Of a DNA stretch of 64,000 nucleotides, positions 36,001 to 50,400 are shown in pieces (the stretch's first letter is position 1; every line of letters starts with the position of its first letter). The DNA lies in contig OZ116711.1 of NCBI GenBank assembly GCA_964199315.1, positions 4,960,001 through 5,024,000 of the forward strand, in the 5' to 3' direction. Under the pieces are notes generated by a model. The model was given only the letters and a program-made list of their open reading frames with translations, had not been told where the DNA came from and ran no database searches. A program made the translations under genes and the position numbers. This stretch comes from Orbicella franksi (Eukaryota).

Positions 36001-39000
36001 GGCATTAAAAAACAAACAAGCAGCAGGGATACACGAACAATTATTTTTTGACGGTGGTAGGGGTGGGGGGAGGGCGTGGGCGATTTTCTGGGGCACGAAA
36101 GTAATTTTTTTCAACGTTAGGTTGTGCATGATTTTTTTTGGTGGGCAATAGCTTGTGCAAGAATTCTTTTATCATCAATCTTAAAATAATGATAGTGGGA
36201 AGCACTTGCTCGATTTTTTCCTCCATGGCTCCCCTTGCACGAGTTTTTTTCAGCAGTCAGTTTTGTTCTGCAAGAACTTATTTTTGGAAACTGCCCAACC
36301 TCTTCCCCCCCCCCCCCCCCCCCTCTTACCTTATCCCTCCTCTTCAAAAAATAATGGTCCGTTCCTTAACAACGCCACAGTACCACCGTGGTCACACAAC
36401 TCACCTTAATATCTGTCACGCATTCTGTCATGACTTTGAGCTTCTTGGCGTTGACAACCTTCTTACACACACGTAAGATGCGACTCATCTCTCTTTTGCA
36501 ATGCCTAATTGCCTTCTTGCGAGTTATTCCAGTCGGTGTTGGCCAGGTGGGGACACGATACTTAACTTTAGGGGGTTTAAAAACATAGTTTACAGAGTTC
36601 GGGTCGTAATCTCGATTGTCGGTTTTTCCGGGTTTCTTCGGATGAGGTCGAACTTTGATCGGTTTCACTGGTTTCCCTCCCTTGTCCGTATCTGGTATTG
36701 GTTTGACGTCACAGGTGTTGAAACGGCGGTTGCCCTTCTTGACGCATGCACAAGATGGTTTGACGCGTCGGCTTACAGATGAGATGCGAGGTGGAAGCCT
36801 CTCGAAGAGACTTTTACCAGGCTTTAACCTGAAAAGCCAAAATAATGATATTACGAATACATTAGAGCCTTACCTTACGAAAACTTATGGTCGTCTTCCC
36901 TTGGTGTTAAATTTAACTTGAGAATGAAGGCTAGAACAAACGTTTTACACGTCATAAAGATCACTACAAACTAAATTTCTATTCACCAATAAGTAGACTT
37001 AATTTTTGTTCTTATCCAGTTGCGACTTTCAGTAACCTCTTATGACTTAGTGGTACATTGTGTTTCAGTACTCTCAAACCACTATATCAATTGAGTCGAG
37101 TTATTGATCTTTCATATAAGACCAGCTTGATCTAGCAGCCTTTATAACCAATAAGTTAGGCAATGACTTCTTTGCTTCTAAAGTAAATCTTAGTTGCAGT
37201 TTTCCTTGTGAACCCGAGCTATCTTCCAGCTTGATCTAGCAGCTTTTGTAACCAATAAGTAAGTAAAGCAAAGACTCGTTTGGTCCTAAAGTAAATCTAA
37301 GTAGGATTGTTGTTGTTGTTGTTTATCCAAGCGGCAGTTTTCCTTGTCGACAAGGCTATCCTCCTGTTACTTACATGTACTTCCTGGCAAACGTGTAAAT
37401 GCCTTTTCCCTCCAGATCGTCACGTGGATTGCCGTTGTTGTTCCCGCAGAGTCCCACAGTAGCTGAGGTGTCTGCACCAGGGACTGTGACGTACAAACTC
37501 ATTCCCCAGTATGCACAGTGAGCTTCGACCACAGCTCCTGACCTCATCATGACCTGGGAAATGACATCAAAAGACCAGTTACATTCAACTTCCAAACATG
37601 TTGCTTTCAATGAAACTGATATTACTTAAAACCAGGCAGGGTTGCAATAAAACCCCGCGAGTAAGAACCAGCACAATAAGTTCTTCCGGTATTTTGGGGG
37701 TAGTTGTTAATTACCAGAAAAATAAATAAACTTGGGTTTGGTCCTTAAAATAATACAGTATTTATACACAACTGTATTACTTATTTTCTTGTAACATAAA
37801 TTTGCAATCTTATATCACACTCTTCGCTGAAATTGTTTAACATAATTAAACTGTAACCCACATACAAGAACTAAAAACCCGCTTGATCTTGCTTGGCTAA
37901 ACAGGTTTTTATATTCTTGGGTATTAAAATGGCAAAGGTTCTTAAATCACTAGGTTCTCACACGCGGGTTTTTACTGCACTGCATGGTCAATTGAAGTTC
38001 CCCGGGCTTTCAAGACAGACCTCATCTAGGCAAAACATGAAAATGAACTTTTGACTTCCGGTTGATTTGAGTGAAACAAAATAATAAAGAAGACGTCGCA
38101 AACCTTAAAACGCGTGCTTTGACCAGATCCATATCTTCGGATTCTCATTCGGTTGCCGAGAGGTCGTGGTGACTTCTGTACAACACGTGGACTGGTCCTG
38201 CGCCAAGCTCCGTTACACATGTCAATAGTCACCACGTCATTGTTCTCACGGATAGCCACACCGCAGTTACACACCACTCGCCAGCACGGCCAGATACGCG
38301 CCTGTACCTAAAGAGAAAAAACACGAAAGAACATGTTTGACAAAATTTCCAAACACCGAGAGAAGAGTTGAAAATACGACGTGTAGCGGAGTATTTTTGA
38401 CGAACTTCGAGGTGTTTGGTGAAGTGGTTAAACACTGTCTTTAGTGTTTGATATATCCGCTCACTTTGAAACTAAAACAGAGGAAAAGCAAGGCACTGGC
38501 TTAAATACAACTTATCCAGTCAGCTGAAATAATACTGAGTCCGAAATACACGAAGGCATCGAGTGATAGCAAAAAAGAATTGCTCCCGGTTATTGTAAAA
38601 CTTGAAAGAATCATACCTCGAAGTTCCTTCTCAGACTCTTCACCATAACGTAAGTTCCAGCGTTTCTCAAAATGTCGTAATACCTAACAAAAAGGCAAGC
38701 GCACAAAACAGGTAAATTAAAAAACAAAAAAACAAACAAAAAAACAACAAACCAAGTAGTGCTAGTCCATCGTAAGGTTACCCCGAGCATCAAATTCGCT
38801 GGTACCCATTCATACACCTGGGTGGCCAGCATGGAGAAAGGTAGTGTGGGAATAAAGTGTCCTGCCTAAGAACACAACACAATGTCCCCGGCCAGGACTC
38901 GAACCCGGACCACTCGACACAGTAGATACACTGCAAAATTATTTTTGTTTTTTCCAGACAGATTGAATTCCCCCGCTTACGGAGTCAAGTCTTCACTGCT

Positions 39001-39797
39001 CAACTCATATAAATCTAACACATCTTCCAAGTCCTTGTATGCTATGAATAAAATCCTCAAATTTTTCCATTCAAATCTACTTTTAGTACTTTTTCGTTGT
39101 GCTGTTCATTTTTAATAGTTATTACAGGCAAGTCGAAATGTTTGAAAACGTTCTATAGTTGTACACACACACTGACGAATGATAGCAAATCTGACTTACT
39201 TGTTATCAAATGTTCGATAATGTGGGTCTCCAGTTCCCTGACATTTCTTGAAGCCTCGGTTAGATGTTATGACCTACAATTCAAGAATAGTTTGGATGAT
39301 CTCGACGCCCATATGTTTGGGATAAAAAAGCAAACCAACAAACTTTACCATAGTTGAAACTGGTCACCTTGCAAAAAGATACAAAACAAGCAATTTGGAT
39401 CATTATAAAGCACTGCACGTCAGCAACTTGCATGCAGTTGTACTGACCAATCTCAACATGCTCTGTAAAAAAAAAACCTGCATGCCTCCCCCCTCCCTCT
39501 CCCAAAAACACAAAACGAACTTATCTAAAAACAATCCTCCGATTTCTTCCGATTGTAAGCCAGTAAAAGTTTTTTCTACGTCATTGTATAATAACATGCT
39601 CAGACACGTCTGATGTTCGTCCAGATACTGTAGCACTTGCTTTTTGTCTCGCCGTTATAGTCGACATGTTTTAAAGAGTTTCGATTTTTCTTTGCTGACC
39701 AGTTGCAAGACAGCTGAACGTACCCATCTCGAACACTCCGCTATCTGCAACTCAAATTAATGTCTCTTGGATATGCTTTTCCAGTCATTACAATCTC

Positions 39798-39834
<37 letters not shown>

Positions 39835-41441
39835 ATTTCGAACTACTTGTTTTTGTTTTCCTTGAAAGTTGGAGATAGCGGAGTTCAACAACAGTACATC
39901 AGTCTAATATACAACAGAAATAATTTGGACGCAATGTAACCTCGATCATTTATAAATTGCAAAATAATACGTGCATGTACACACTTACAAAAACAATGTT
40001 AAATCATGATATACCTTGATAGGGGGAAGTCTGTATCCTTTCCAAAATCCACAGAACCCAGGCGTGGATCTTATAGGGCTGAAGTGAATACGGATATTCT
40101 GCCTTTTCAGCTTTCTGAAATCATGCACAGGTTTCACGTAAAATCCGTAATTCTTCCTGTTTCTTTCCGTCAGCATCATCCGGCACCTGTCTGTTACAAA
40201 ACGGGAGTGTGACTCAAGCTTAAGGCCTACAAAACATCTTCTACGACCACGGCATCTGATTGGAACAGAGGTGCGTAGTTTGATCAGTTTCCAGCCGGAG
40301 CTGTCTGTCATAGAAAAAGCTTTAGGATGAACCTGCAAGAAAACGACGGAGTAGTCAAAATTCAATTTCTCGATCTAATCGTATCGCGTACAGAAATCTC
40401 GCGGTGCGTGGCGTGGAATTCGACTTCACAATTGGATTACTATCCACGGGAAGCATTGCAATCATCTCTTGAAGTTATTCGATTCAAGGACAAATGATTT
40501 TTAAGGTTGGGTGCTGAATGTAAATTTCACAATTTCATGCCTAACGTGGAAATACAGTAGCAAATTTCAGTACAAAACATGATTACTTGGTGCTGAAAAA
40601 ATCAATCCACAAGAACAAAAGGAATCATCTACTAGGGTAAGTAATGACATACTATGAAATTCTCAGCGCTTTGATCATAACAAACAGCATGAAAAGAACT
40701 GCGGATTGTCGAGGAGGAAGTGATGTTGCCATAAATTTCTGAAACTTCACCTTGATGCCTGCAAAGAAGTCTTTACTTCTCGTGGTCATTGTCCAATCCT
40801 TACCACTGGAGTATCGTGCCCTTACTTTGCATGCAACCTGAAACGAATCAGTCACCACAAACACCATTACAATTCTAACTCGGATTGCAAAATAGAAAAC
40901 ACTGGCAAAAGAGTACAAACAGGGTTGAGAAAAGTATTTTACTTTGTCTTTGGCATGCAAACAGTGTTTAATTTTATTTACACGAGAAAAAATTATTCGT
41001 CATTCGATTCTTTAATTAGCAAGTTGCCTTATTTATTTGACTCGGGCGCTTGTTTCTCAGAACCATTTTTATTCTTAACAACAATATTTAAGATATGATT
41101 GGAACACCAATAAAGCAGATTCAGATACAAAAATTATTCACCAGGAAGGATGTCTTTAGTTGAATTAACAGTCCTTTAATTAAAGGACCATTTCACTCTA
41201 CTAACCGTTGTTCCAGCCTTGAAGCCATAAGTGTTTTCCAAGAGCTCAGCATGAGTTCCTCGCACGGTTTCTGTTTTGGTCACTCGCTTGTTCACAATCC
41301 ATTGCACACGTGCAATGAATCGGCTGTTTCTTCGTCCGCGGATGTTGAAGTAGCAGCGAAGGGCAACCTTAGAACAGCCACGGCCAGGTTTAATGACAGG
41401 GCGCACGACAGGTCGGGAAATGACAGGATAATCTGACACAT

Positions 41442-41481
<40 letters not shown>

Positions 41482-44400
41482 ATCGATCGATCGATCAAGC
41501 AGGTAGTCAGTCAGTCAGTCAGTCAGCGTCCACGCATTTAAAGGAACTAAGTCAAGGGCTACGCAATTTTAAAAACGTAACCTACTCTTTTTTTTAAGCA
41601 GGTCTTTCGTAATTGTTCCTTGTTTGTTTTTTATAACCTCTTAATGTTCTTCTAACCTTGTTAATAACTATATCGAAGTTTTCCCCAAATGAAAAACGTC
41701 ACTTAACACATTCCAAAGAAGTTTCTTTTCAGAATTTTTGGCATTTTTTAGCCTTTAGGTTTGTGCAGCCATACAGTTACTGAGTTGACGTTTCCACTCT
41801 CACCTGCACGACAACCGTACACCTCGACCCTCATAGATATGTGACCATGCCAAGATCTGGGGTTAAATTGTACATAGTGTCCGTTAACAGGCGGGTCGAT
41901 TGGCTGTTCTACCAAGGAATATCGGTCAAAGTTGCCTCGGAACAGCTGAAATATTAAACAGATAAATTCTGTGAGTCCTGACTCTGCCCCCTTCCACCCC
42001 CCTGGAACCCCTCCTCCACCCTCCGAAAATAACCCCTCCTCCACCCTCCCCGAAAATAACCCCTCCTCCACCCCTCCGAAAATATCCCCTCCTCCACCTC
42101 TTCCAAAAATAAGCAGTCCTCCACCCCTCCCGAAAATAACCCCTCCTCTCTAATTTCGGGAGCACAAAAAACATTGGATAATATCCTTGCACCTCACTTC
42201 AATTTAAGCCCAGAGTTCTTCGTATTTGCAACTGAAAATGTTCAGTCAATACATCCAAACTCAAGTCTGACTATATTTGAAAATCAAAAGTCCTTCGGGT
42301 AACATTATACTATTCCTAAATTGAGCCATTCCCCCCAAATTTTCGTAATGTTCTGATCATTAACATTATCCCTACATTGACGGAGACAATATCTCCTGAT
42401 TGAAAAGTTCGGTCTTTACGCTTCCATATAAATAATGAATAAATAATAAATTGCAATACTTAGAGAGGAAGCAACATCAGCCCTAGCTGGTTTTCAAGTG
42501 GGTCTTCTTTCCGGATCGATTTTGATTTTGGAAATGTTGGTTTTTCAGGAGGGAGGAAAACCGGAGAACCCGGAGAAAAACCCGCGAAGCAAGGCGAGAA
42601 ACAACAACAAACTCAACCCATATATGACACCGGGTCGGAATCGAACCAAGGCCACATTTGGGGGAGGCGAGCACTCTCACTGCTGCTCGTAAAATATACC
42701 GTATTAATAACACTGTTGTTTCGCAAACCTTAATCTTCCCTCCTTCCTTGATGGGTAAGAAAGTCCTTCCATTCTGACTGTAGTACAAATAGTACGTCCT
42801 GACAAACTGGGTTGCATCATCCCTCCCCTGAGTGGTGACTTTTGTTATCCTGGTGGGTCTCCTGAGGTCGATCCGCAGCCACTGGTTTCGGTCATTACGT
42901 CTTGCACACCACGCGCCAACGAGACGGTGGACACGTCTTCAAATAAAACCAATTTTATGAACACACGATTTTTATCTTTACATGACGAAAATAAGCGATT
43001 TTTTAACATTCTTTTACGGTTATACCTTTTAATCCACCGTACGAAAAAATATGGCGACTGACACATTTACCCATAATTCTTGCCGCACGAAAACTTTACC
43101 AACGCTCATAAAAAAGTACAAAATAATTCTAACATCTTTAAACCTAGCATACAATGTGTCGTTAGCACAGGGACAAATATTGCAAATATATGATGTTCCT
43201 TGTACTTTAGAGTCTGTGTAAGGTTCGCATGGTATTACGGTAAAATGTTCAGCCACCATCTTTTCTTTTTCTCTATAACCTTAGTTGTAGTATTCAAAAT
43301 TTATTTGTGTAGCTTTTGCCGAGCCTATCACCAAAAACACTGACATGATTTTAACGCAAGACGAATTGGAAAATCCGTTTTGAAATTTAAACTCAAGCAT
43401 ATTGGCAAAATTCGAGGAACATTTCATTGTCAGTTTCCTTTGTAAAGTCAAATGTAATTTTTTTGCCATCACAAGGGTTGAGTTTCATTTCTACTTAATT
43501 ACGATATTACAAATATAAAGTAACACGTGTGTCGAGGTCCTGAACAAAGCAAGTTTAAAAATGTACATCAAACTCTTGACATGTGCTGAGGACTTCTAAA
43601 CCAAATTGCTAAGCACAGGTTCAGTTCAAGCAGTCAGTCTTGCCAGCGGACTTACCTCTGGTTAAGCCGAGCCCGAGATGGATTATGGTTCCCATCCCAT
43701 GACGAGGAAGCTCTGATAGCATGATTTGGAATACGGCCATTTTGCATTCCAAGAGGTTGGAAACACATACGGAACATGGCTAACAAAGAACGAACAAATA
43801 TAATAGGTAAGCTAAGAGAAGAGCAGTGCGTACAAGTTATAAGAATCATAAAGACCAGGGCCGGGTTGTTCAAAGCCCGATTAAGCTAACCCAGGATTAG
43901 CAAGAATTTTGATTTCAGTTTGGTAACTTTTGGGTGCCGTTTTCTGTTTATATTGTTTGTCCTTCAGGTTTGAGTTTGAAAAATCTCAAACTACGTAAAA
44001 CATAAGCAGTGAAAAGCATTTTTATACAAGAAAAATGGATACTTCGATTAACTTTTAATCCTGGGTTAGCGTTAACCGGCTTTCGAACAACCGGGCCCAG
44101 CATAATAAGCCAGGTTCAACATATCAACATTCTAACATGGCTTCGAGACTTTCAGGACAAACTTCTATATTTGGTGTGTTTCCTTTGTATCCAAGTCTCT
44201 TATGGGAATTGAGGGGGAAAAAAAACTTCAAAAATTTGCAATTTTAACGTGAAAGCCACGGAGCCATGTTTCAATATTGTTGTAGCGAACGTGACCTATT
44301 GAAACAAAAGTACCCTAGAACGGTATTGGAAAACTAACAGTCATTTAAATGGGAACAGTATGTTTAACGGTATGTAAGGTTTTACTTACCCTTATTGCAG

Positions 44401-47400
44401 CCATAAAGTTCCACTCGCATAGAGATATGGCCATGCCACTGTTTGGGATATATACGAACATAACGCGCTTTGAAACCGGGGTAAAGGCGGTTGTATACAA
44501 CAGTGTTCCTGTCACTGTTACCAGGGAACATCTGTTTAAAAAAAACAGACAGAAATAACCAATGAATGAATGAATGAAAGAATCAATGAATCAATCAATG
44601 AATCAATGAATCAATCATCAATCAATCAATCATTCAATTAATCAATCCAGCAGTCAGTCAGCGAGTCTGTCACACAATCTGTCTGTCAGTCAGTCTGTAA
44701 GTCAGTCTGTATGTCAGTCAGTCAGTCTGTTAGTCTTTAAGTCTTAATCTGTCAATCTGTCAGTCTGTCAGTCACTCAGTCAGTATGTCAGTATGTCAGT
44801 CAGTCTGTTAGTCTGTAAGTCTGCGAGTCTGTCACTCTTTCAGACTGTCAATCTGTCAGTCTGTCAGCCTGTCTATCAGTCAATCTGTCAGTCTATCTGT
44901 CAGTCTGTCTGTCTCCCAGTCAGTCAGTCTGTCAGCCTCTCAGTCCGTCAGTCAGTCTGAGGAATAATCGAGCTCACGAAGGAAGACTCTGTTCACTCAG
45001 GAAAACAAAATATACATATGAGGCTACTTACGAAAGACTAAATGACAAGCAAATGAGTTTTATTGCATTTAGTTTTTACCTGAACTTTTCTGTTGATGCT
45101 GTAAAACTTAATCTTATTGCCAAACAAGCCGTAGCTAATCTCGTATTTCTTCACCCATTGGTTGGCATCGTATCGTCCTTGCGTTGCACAAGCAACAACC
45201 TTTGTGACGTAACCAAGATATATCTGCAGCCACTGGAACACGTTGTTATATCGTGACGACCAAGCACCAGTGCCTCCGCGGTTGAGAATATTTAATCGGG
45301 CTCTGTACGGACCATGTCGCCTATCCCACATGGAAGAAGCTGTCATGGCATTCTTTGAAATACGACCATCTTCAAGACCCAGTGGAGCCCCACATGCACC
45401 TATCAAGGAATAAATGAACATTACAGTGTGAACATTACATGCTATGGGACGTGAGATTCCCTTATGAAAGGGTCGAGGATGCGCGTCGGACAATTTGAAT
45501 TAAGCCCCTAATGGAGCCCACGCTAGTTGAACGGACTCGAGAGAGCGGCGGAAATCGAACTTAAACGTAAATGAGAGTGTTTTTCATTGTTATTTCTTCG
45601 AGTGTACCCTAAAAGATACTTTCACAACTAAAAATAGTGGCCTTCGTTCTGAAAACTCTAAGTGAGACCAAAATCCTAGATGTACACCCCTCAACAAGAC
45701 GACAAGCACCTCCGACAATTTCGTATGGGAGTTCCCCCAGGGGGGACATCTGTTAGACAGCACTTTTGTTGACCAGCAGCCATTACTGTACTTACCTAGA
45801 GCACAGCCAAACACCTCCACGCGCATAGAGATGTGACTTCTCCAGCCCCACGGATGGAATCGGAGGAAGCGAGCACGAATAGACGGGATGATTGAGTTGT
45901 ACACTATAGTGTTTCTGTCACGGTTGCCACGGAAATACTGCAAAGAAACTCAAATGTTACTGCATTGTAAACATGAAATACAACACACAAACTGGTCGCT
46001 AGGCCAATTCTGGCCCTCTCTCTGTAACGCAACGCTACTCCCGGGAACGTTAAGTGACATAGGACCAGAACTCGACTAAATGGTTAGAGTTTACTAATCA
46101 AATGGTAATCTGATTGGATGAGCAACCCCAAATTATTTTTCTCACCTTATCTCGGGAGTTCTTCCTGTACCTAGCAAAGTGCACTCCATCCACACTGAAT
46201 GAGAGATAGTACACCGTCACCCACTGACTTGCCATGGCTCTACCTTGTGTAGCAACACGTATGATCTTAGATATTCGGCCAAGATCCAGCTGCAGAAATT
46301 GGTGACGATTGTTGTACCTTGGGGATAGACAAGAAATGATTAAAAACTGAAGGGGCGACCTGCACCGTTTACAAAGTTCTGTATAATTGGCTAAACGAAA
46401 CAATAGGTTAACGACACAAACAATACCTCTAGGCCTAGGAACAAAAGAGGTACAGATTAACAATAAAAACAGATGTTTTAAAGAGGTGCAGGGCAACTGA
46501 AACTAAAACGTGATTGTTGAAAAAGTGGTTTTTAAAGGAGCTTTGTCACGATATTTTGAGTTGTTTTTGTTATATTGAAGGAAACTTGAAAATAATAGTT
46601 TACCAAGAGAGAAAAACACCAAAGAGATAATAAAAAACCATAAAGGAACAAGGATGGTTAAGGATAGAGAATATTAACAAGGATTACAAATGATGAACTT
46701 GAAAACTTTAGGCTAAAATTTTCAAGACGCGCAGGACAAAATGGTACTTGTTATGTCACCCCAGTTACTTGTGGGACGAGAGTGGGGTGGGACAAAGCTT
46801 CCGTTTTCTAGAGCCTGCATTACCTGGCTGACCAAGCGCTCTGGTATCTGCCCATGCGTCGTGCATTAAGCCTGGCTAAATGAGGACCGTGGAATTTGTC
46901 CCACATGGACGACGCTGTGATGGCTGAATTTTTAATGCCTCCCGTCATCATGCCAAGAGGTCGATTACACATGTGACCTGCAAAAAGAAAAAGAAATTCA
47001 TAAAAACATTGGTGAAATTTAACACTCGCTCCATGGACAGCGAGAAGTTCTATCGTTAAAAGTGAAAATAGTCGTTTCCATTTACATTACCTGCAAAAAC
47101 TTTCGGACGATTATAATTTCGGACAAAAAAAAGCTTCCGAAAATAAAAAAGTCCGAAATTTTGAAGCGTCCAAAATTTCAAACGTCCGAAACATTTACAG
47201 TACAGTATAACATTTTAAAGTTGCTTCAAAGCTCTTAGGTTCCTTTATGAGGCGAACTCTAGCTGAGAAACTGATTGAGATACGTAACGGCTCGATAGAA
47301 TTTGTGTCATTTACTCCTCGGTCCATGCATATCTCTAAAACCACGAGATTGCAGTAAAACTATCGTTTTTACAGATGCTGCTTTAGTTCAATTCGTGTTT

Positions 47401-50400
47401 TGTAGGCGTAAATTTACTTCAGCTTTGTTTGCTCACAGTGTCCGAAATTTGTCCGAAATGAGATAAAAAGTGTCCAAACATTAAACGTTCGAAATTTTAA
47501 CGCCCGAAATGTTTGGCAAGTATGTATCTTTTTTTCAAACAAAATATGGTTGAACTGAATCAAGTAAATTTCAGTGTTAATTAGGGTTAATCAATAAAGG
47601 TTAACTAACGTTAACTAAGGTTTGCAAGTTCTTCTTAACTTAAACCCCTTCTTTCATTCAATCAAAAAAGGAAATCATTGATTAATGTAGATCAGAGTTG
47701 CAAAGTTTGTAGATGAAATCCTAAATTGCAACTCTTCAAATGAAAGCTATTGAGCAGTATTTCAGGTTTTCATGTTCACTTTTAAAACAAATCAAAGTAA
47801 AATTCTAAGTTAAATTTGGTTCACTTACGAAGTGACAAGTTTTTTCCCCAACATTTAGTATTTTTACCTTTACTGCAGCCATACAACTCAAGTCTCATAG
47901 AAATATGACCATGCCAAGTTCTGGGATAAAGTTTTACAAAGCGAGCACGAATCGGTGTCCGGAAGCGACTGATAACCACTATCTGCCTCTCAGAGTTTCC
48001 TTGGAAGACCTGTTTGGAAAAAAAGTTTAAATCAACAAGTAAGGCTATGCAGTTGAGAACAAGTATTTGTTAATGTGTGATATTTTCAGTTGTTTGACAC
48101 ATGGATAGTCTTTACAGAAATAAAAGGAAAACAGCTGATTTCATAACTTCATTAAATTTTATTTAGTGGTGCATGTTAATTATAGAAAGCCACAAACTCA
48201 CATTCGCTAGGACTAAGTAGAAACACAATTACTCTTACATCTCAACCAATTTATACCTTGTACTCCTCCATCATGTCAGGTCAGAACAGAAAAAAAAAAC
48301 CCCACTACTCAAGATGTAATGTCAATTCAGTACATGGAACCTGGAGAATTGACCTTTTCGCCTTTGAAGTATGCCAAACCTCTGATAACTTCAATAACGG
48401 CTATTTGCCCTTTGAATGGCCATTTTATGAGGATTAAAATGGATTATAATTAAAGGAGTTCAGTCACGGTGCTTTGGCCACGTACTAAATCTCCTTTAAA
48501 TGGAAGGAAACCTGAAAATAATAGTTCATGACTACGATAGAAAAACATCAAAGAGATAATAATAAGCGATAAAGGAACAAGGATGGTCAAGGATGGCGAA
48601 GAATGACACGGATTGCAAACGACGAATTTGAAAAATTTAAGCTAAACTTTTCAAAATGTACAAACCATGACTGAGCTCCTTTAACTTAGTGAGACATACC
48701 CTTGTTCTCCCCCCTTCCTTGTAGAAGCGGAAATGAAATCCGTTCATCCCGTAAGCAATTGTGTAACTCTTCACCCACTGATTAGCGTCATATCGTCCTT
48801 GAATTCCAATCTTAATCACGATTGCTTTGTTTCCGAGGTCAATCTGGAACCACTGCCGTCTGTTGTTGTACCGTGCAATCCATGAACCAAATTTCGAGCC
48901 ACTGCGCACGGCATTTAGCCTGCCTTGATAAGCGGCATAATGGGCGTTGTAGATGGAGGAAGCTGTGAAAGCGACGTCGGGCAAGCGGCCGTCTTCTGAG
49001 CCAAGAGGGATGTCACAACGCTCTGGAACAAAGAAAGAGGAATATGAATGAACTACGGTTACTTTCAACATGTGCCAATAAGCAATGAGAATTGTGCAGA
49101 TAGCTTTTTCATCGTCCGCTTTCTGTTCTTCTTACGCCTTGTTATGACTGTGTTGGAGTAGCTGGAAAGTACATTTTCCTCTCTTATTTCTACTAATCAT
49201 CTTGACTGAATATTGGAGTACTACAGTTGAAACCCATAAGTGGATAACCACTCAATATCGTCAAGAGGGAGATGTCAGACATACAGCGATCAGCTGGAGA
49301 ATATGGCACAGGACATTACAGACAGCGTTGGAGGACTCTCATTGATGGCCTATACTCCAGGAGGGGCAAAGGTAACCTAAGTGAAAAACTCAGTATCGGG
49401 AGTTCATATAATAATGGACAGCAAAAACGTGATTTCTGTATTCCCAAGGTATTCATCTCACCTGGTGTACAGCCGTGTAGTTCAACTCTCATGGAGATAT
49501 GTCTGTACCACCCACGAGGGTGAATACGAACACACCGTGCTATCATTGGTGGAGTCAATGTCCTCGTGACGATTGAAGCCCCGTCGTAGTTTCCAACGAA
49601 GTACTACAAGAAAAAAAAACGGTTTCATTGAATTCAACTGAAAAAATATATAGACCTATTTTATGAATTTTCACTTGCTTATTGCCACATCAATTGTTAA
49701 TATGGTTTTGATTTTTAAATAAACAAATGATTTACTTCATGATTCATGGATAAAATTTGCATCTCGAAGCGTCTCTTTATGAGGAAAAATTTCATTCCTA
49801 CCTTCAGTCGATCTCTTTGTTTGTAAGGTACAAAGTGCACGCAATCCACACTGTGTGCAAGCGTATATCGTGTCACCCACTGTTTGACAATTTTCCTTCC
49901 TTGTGTTGATATCATGGTGATCTTGTAGATGCGGCGCATATCAAACTGAATCCATTGGTGATGATTGTTGTGTCTGGCTGCCCAGCCTCCCACGTACCGA
50001 CCAGTGCGCACGCGCTTCAGTCGTCCAAGGAACGGTGCGTGGTAGCGGTCCCACATGGATGATGAAGTAATCTGAGCATTTTTGATGCGACCGCTCTGGA
50101 CGCCAAGAGGATAGCTACAAACTCTTGTCAGTTCTGCAAAACAATTAATTTTTTGTTCCCTTTTTATCAGGTAAGAACAAATTATTTTGACAGTCAACTC
50201 CTTCATTAAACCAGAGAGATGGGGCGCTTACCATTTAGCTTGAAAATCCAAAAATTCCGGTTGAACTGAAGTCAAATGGAACAGTAATTTTCCAGAAAAT
50301 CCGTTCGGTAATGATAGACTACCTCCAGAAGTAGTCCTTATTTTTTCGTTCGGAATGGAACGGCGGAAATTTCCTTCCCATTTGATAAATTTTCCAGTTT

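Noticed and set aside
39290-39680. Overlapping short ORFs considered as an extra core exon or nested gene
   Set aside because: There is no recognisable motif, and the frame already joins 40015 to 39273 cleanly.
41748-42192. Gly/Arg-rich and Pro-rich ORFs
   Set aside because: They are produced by the 27-bp minisatellite; only 41945-41804 is a real exon.
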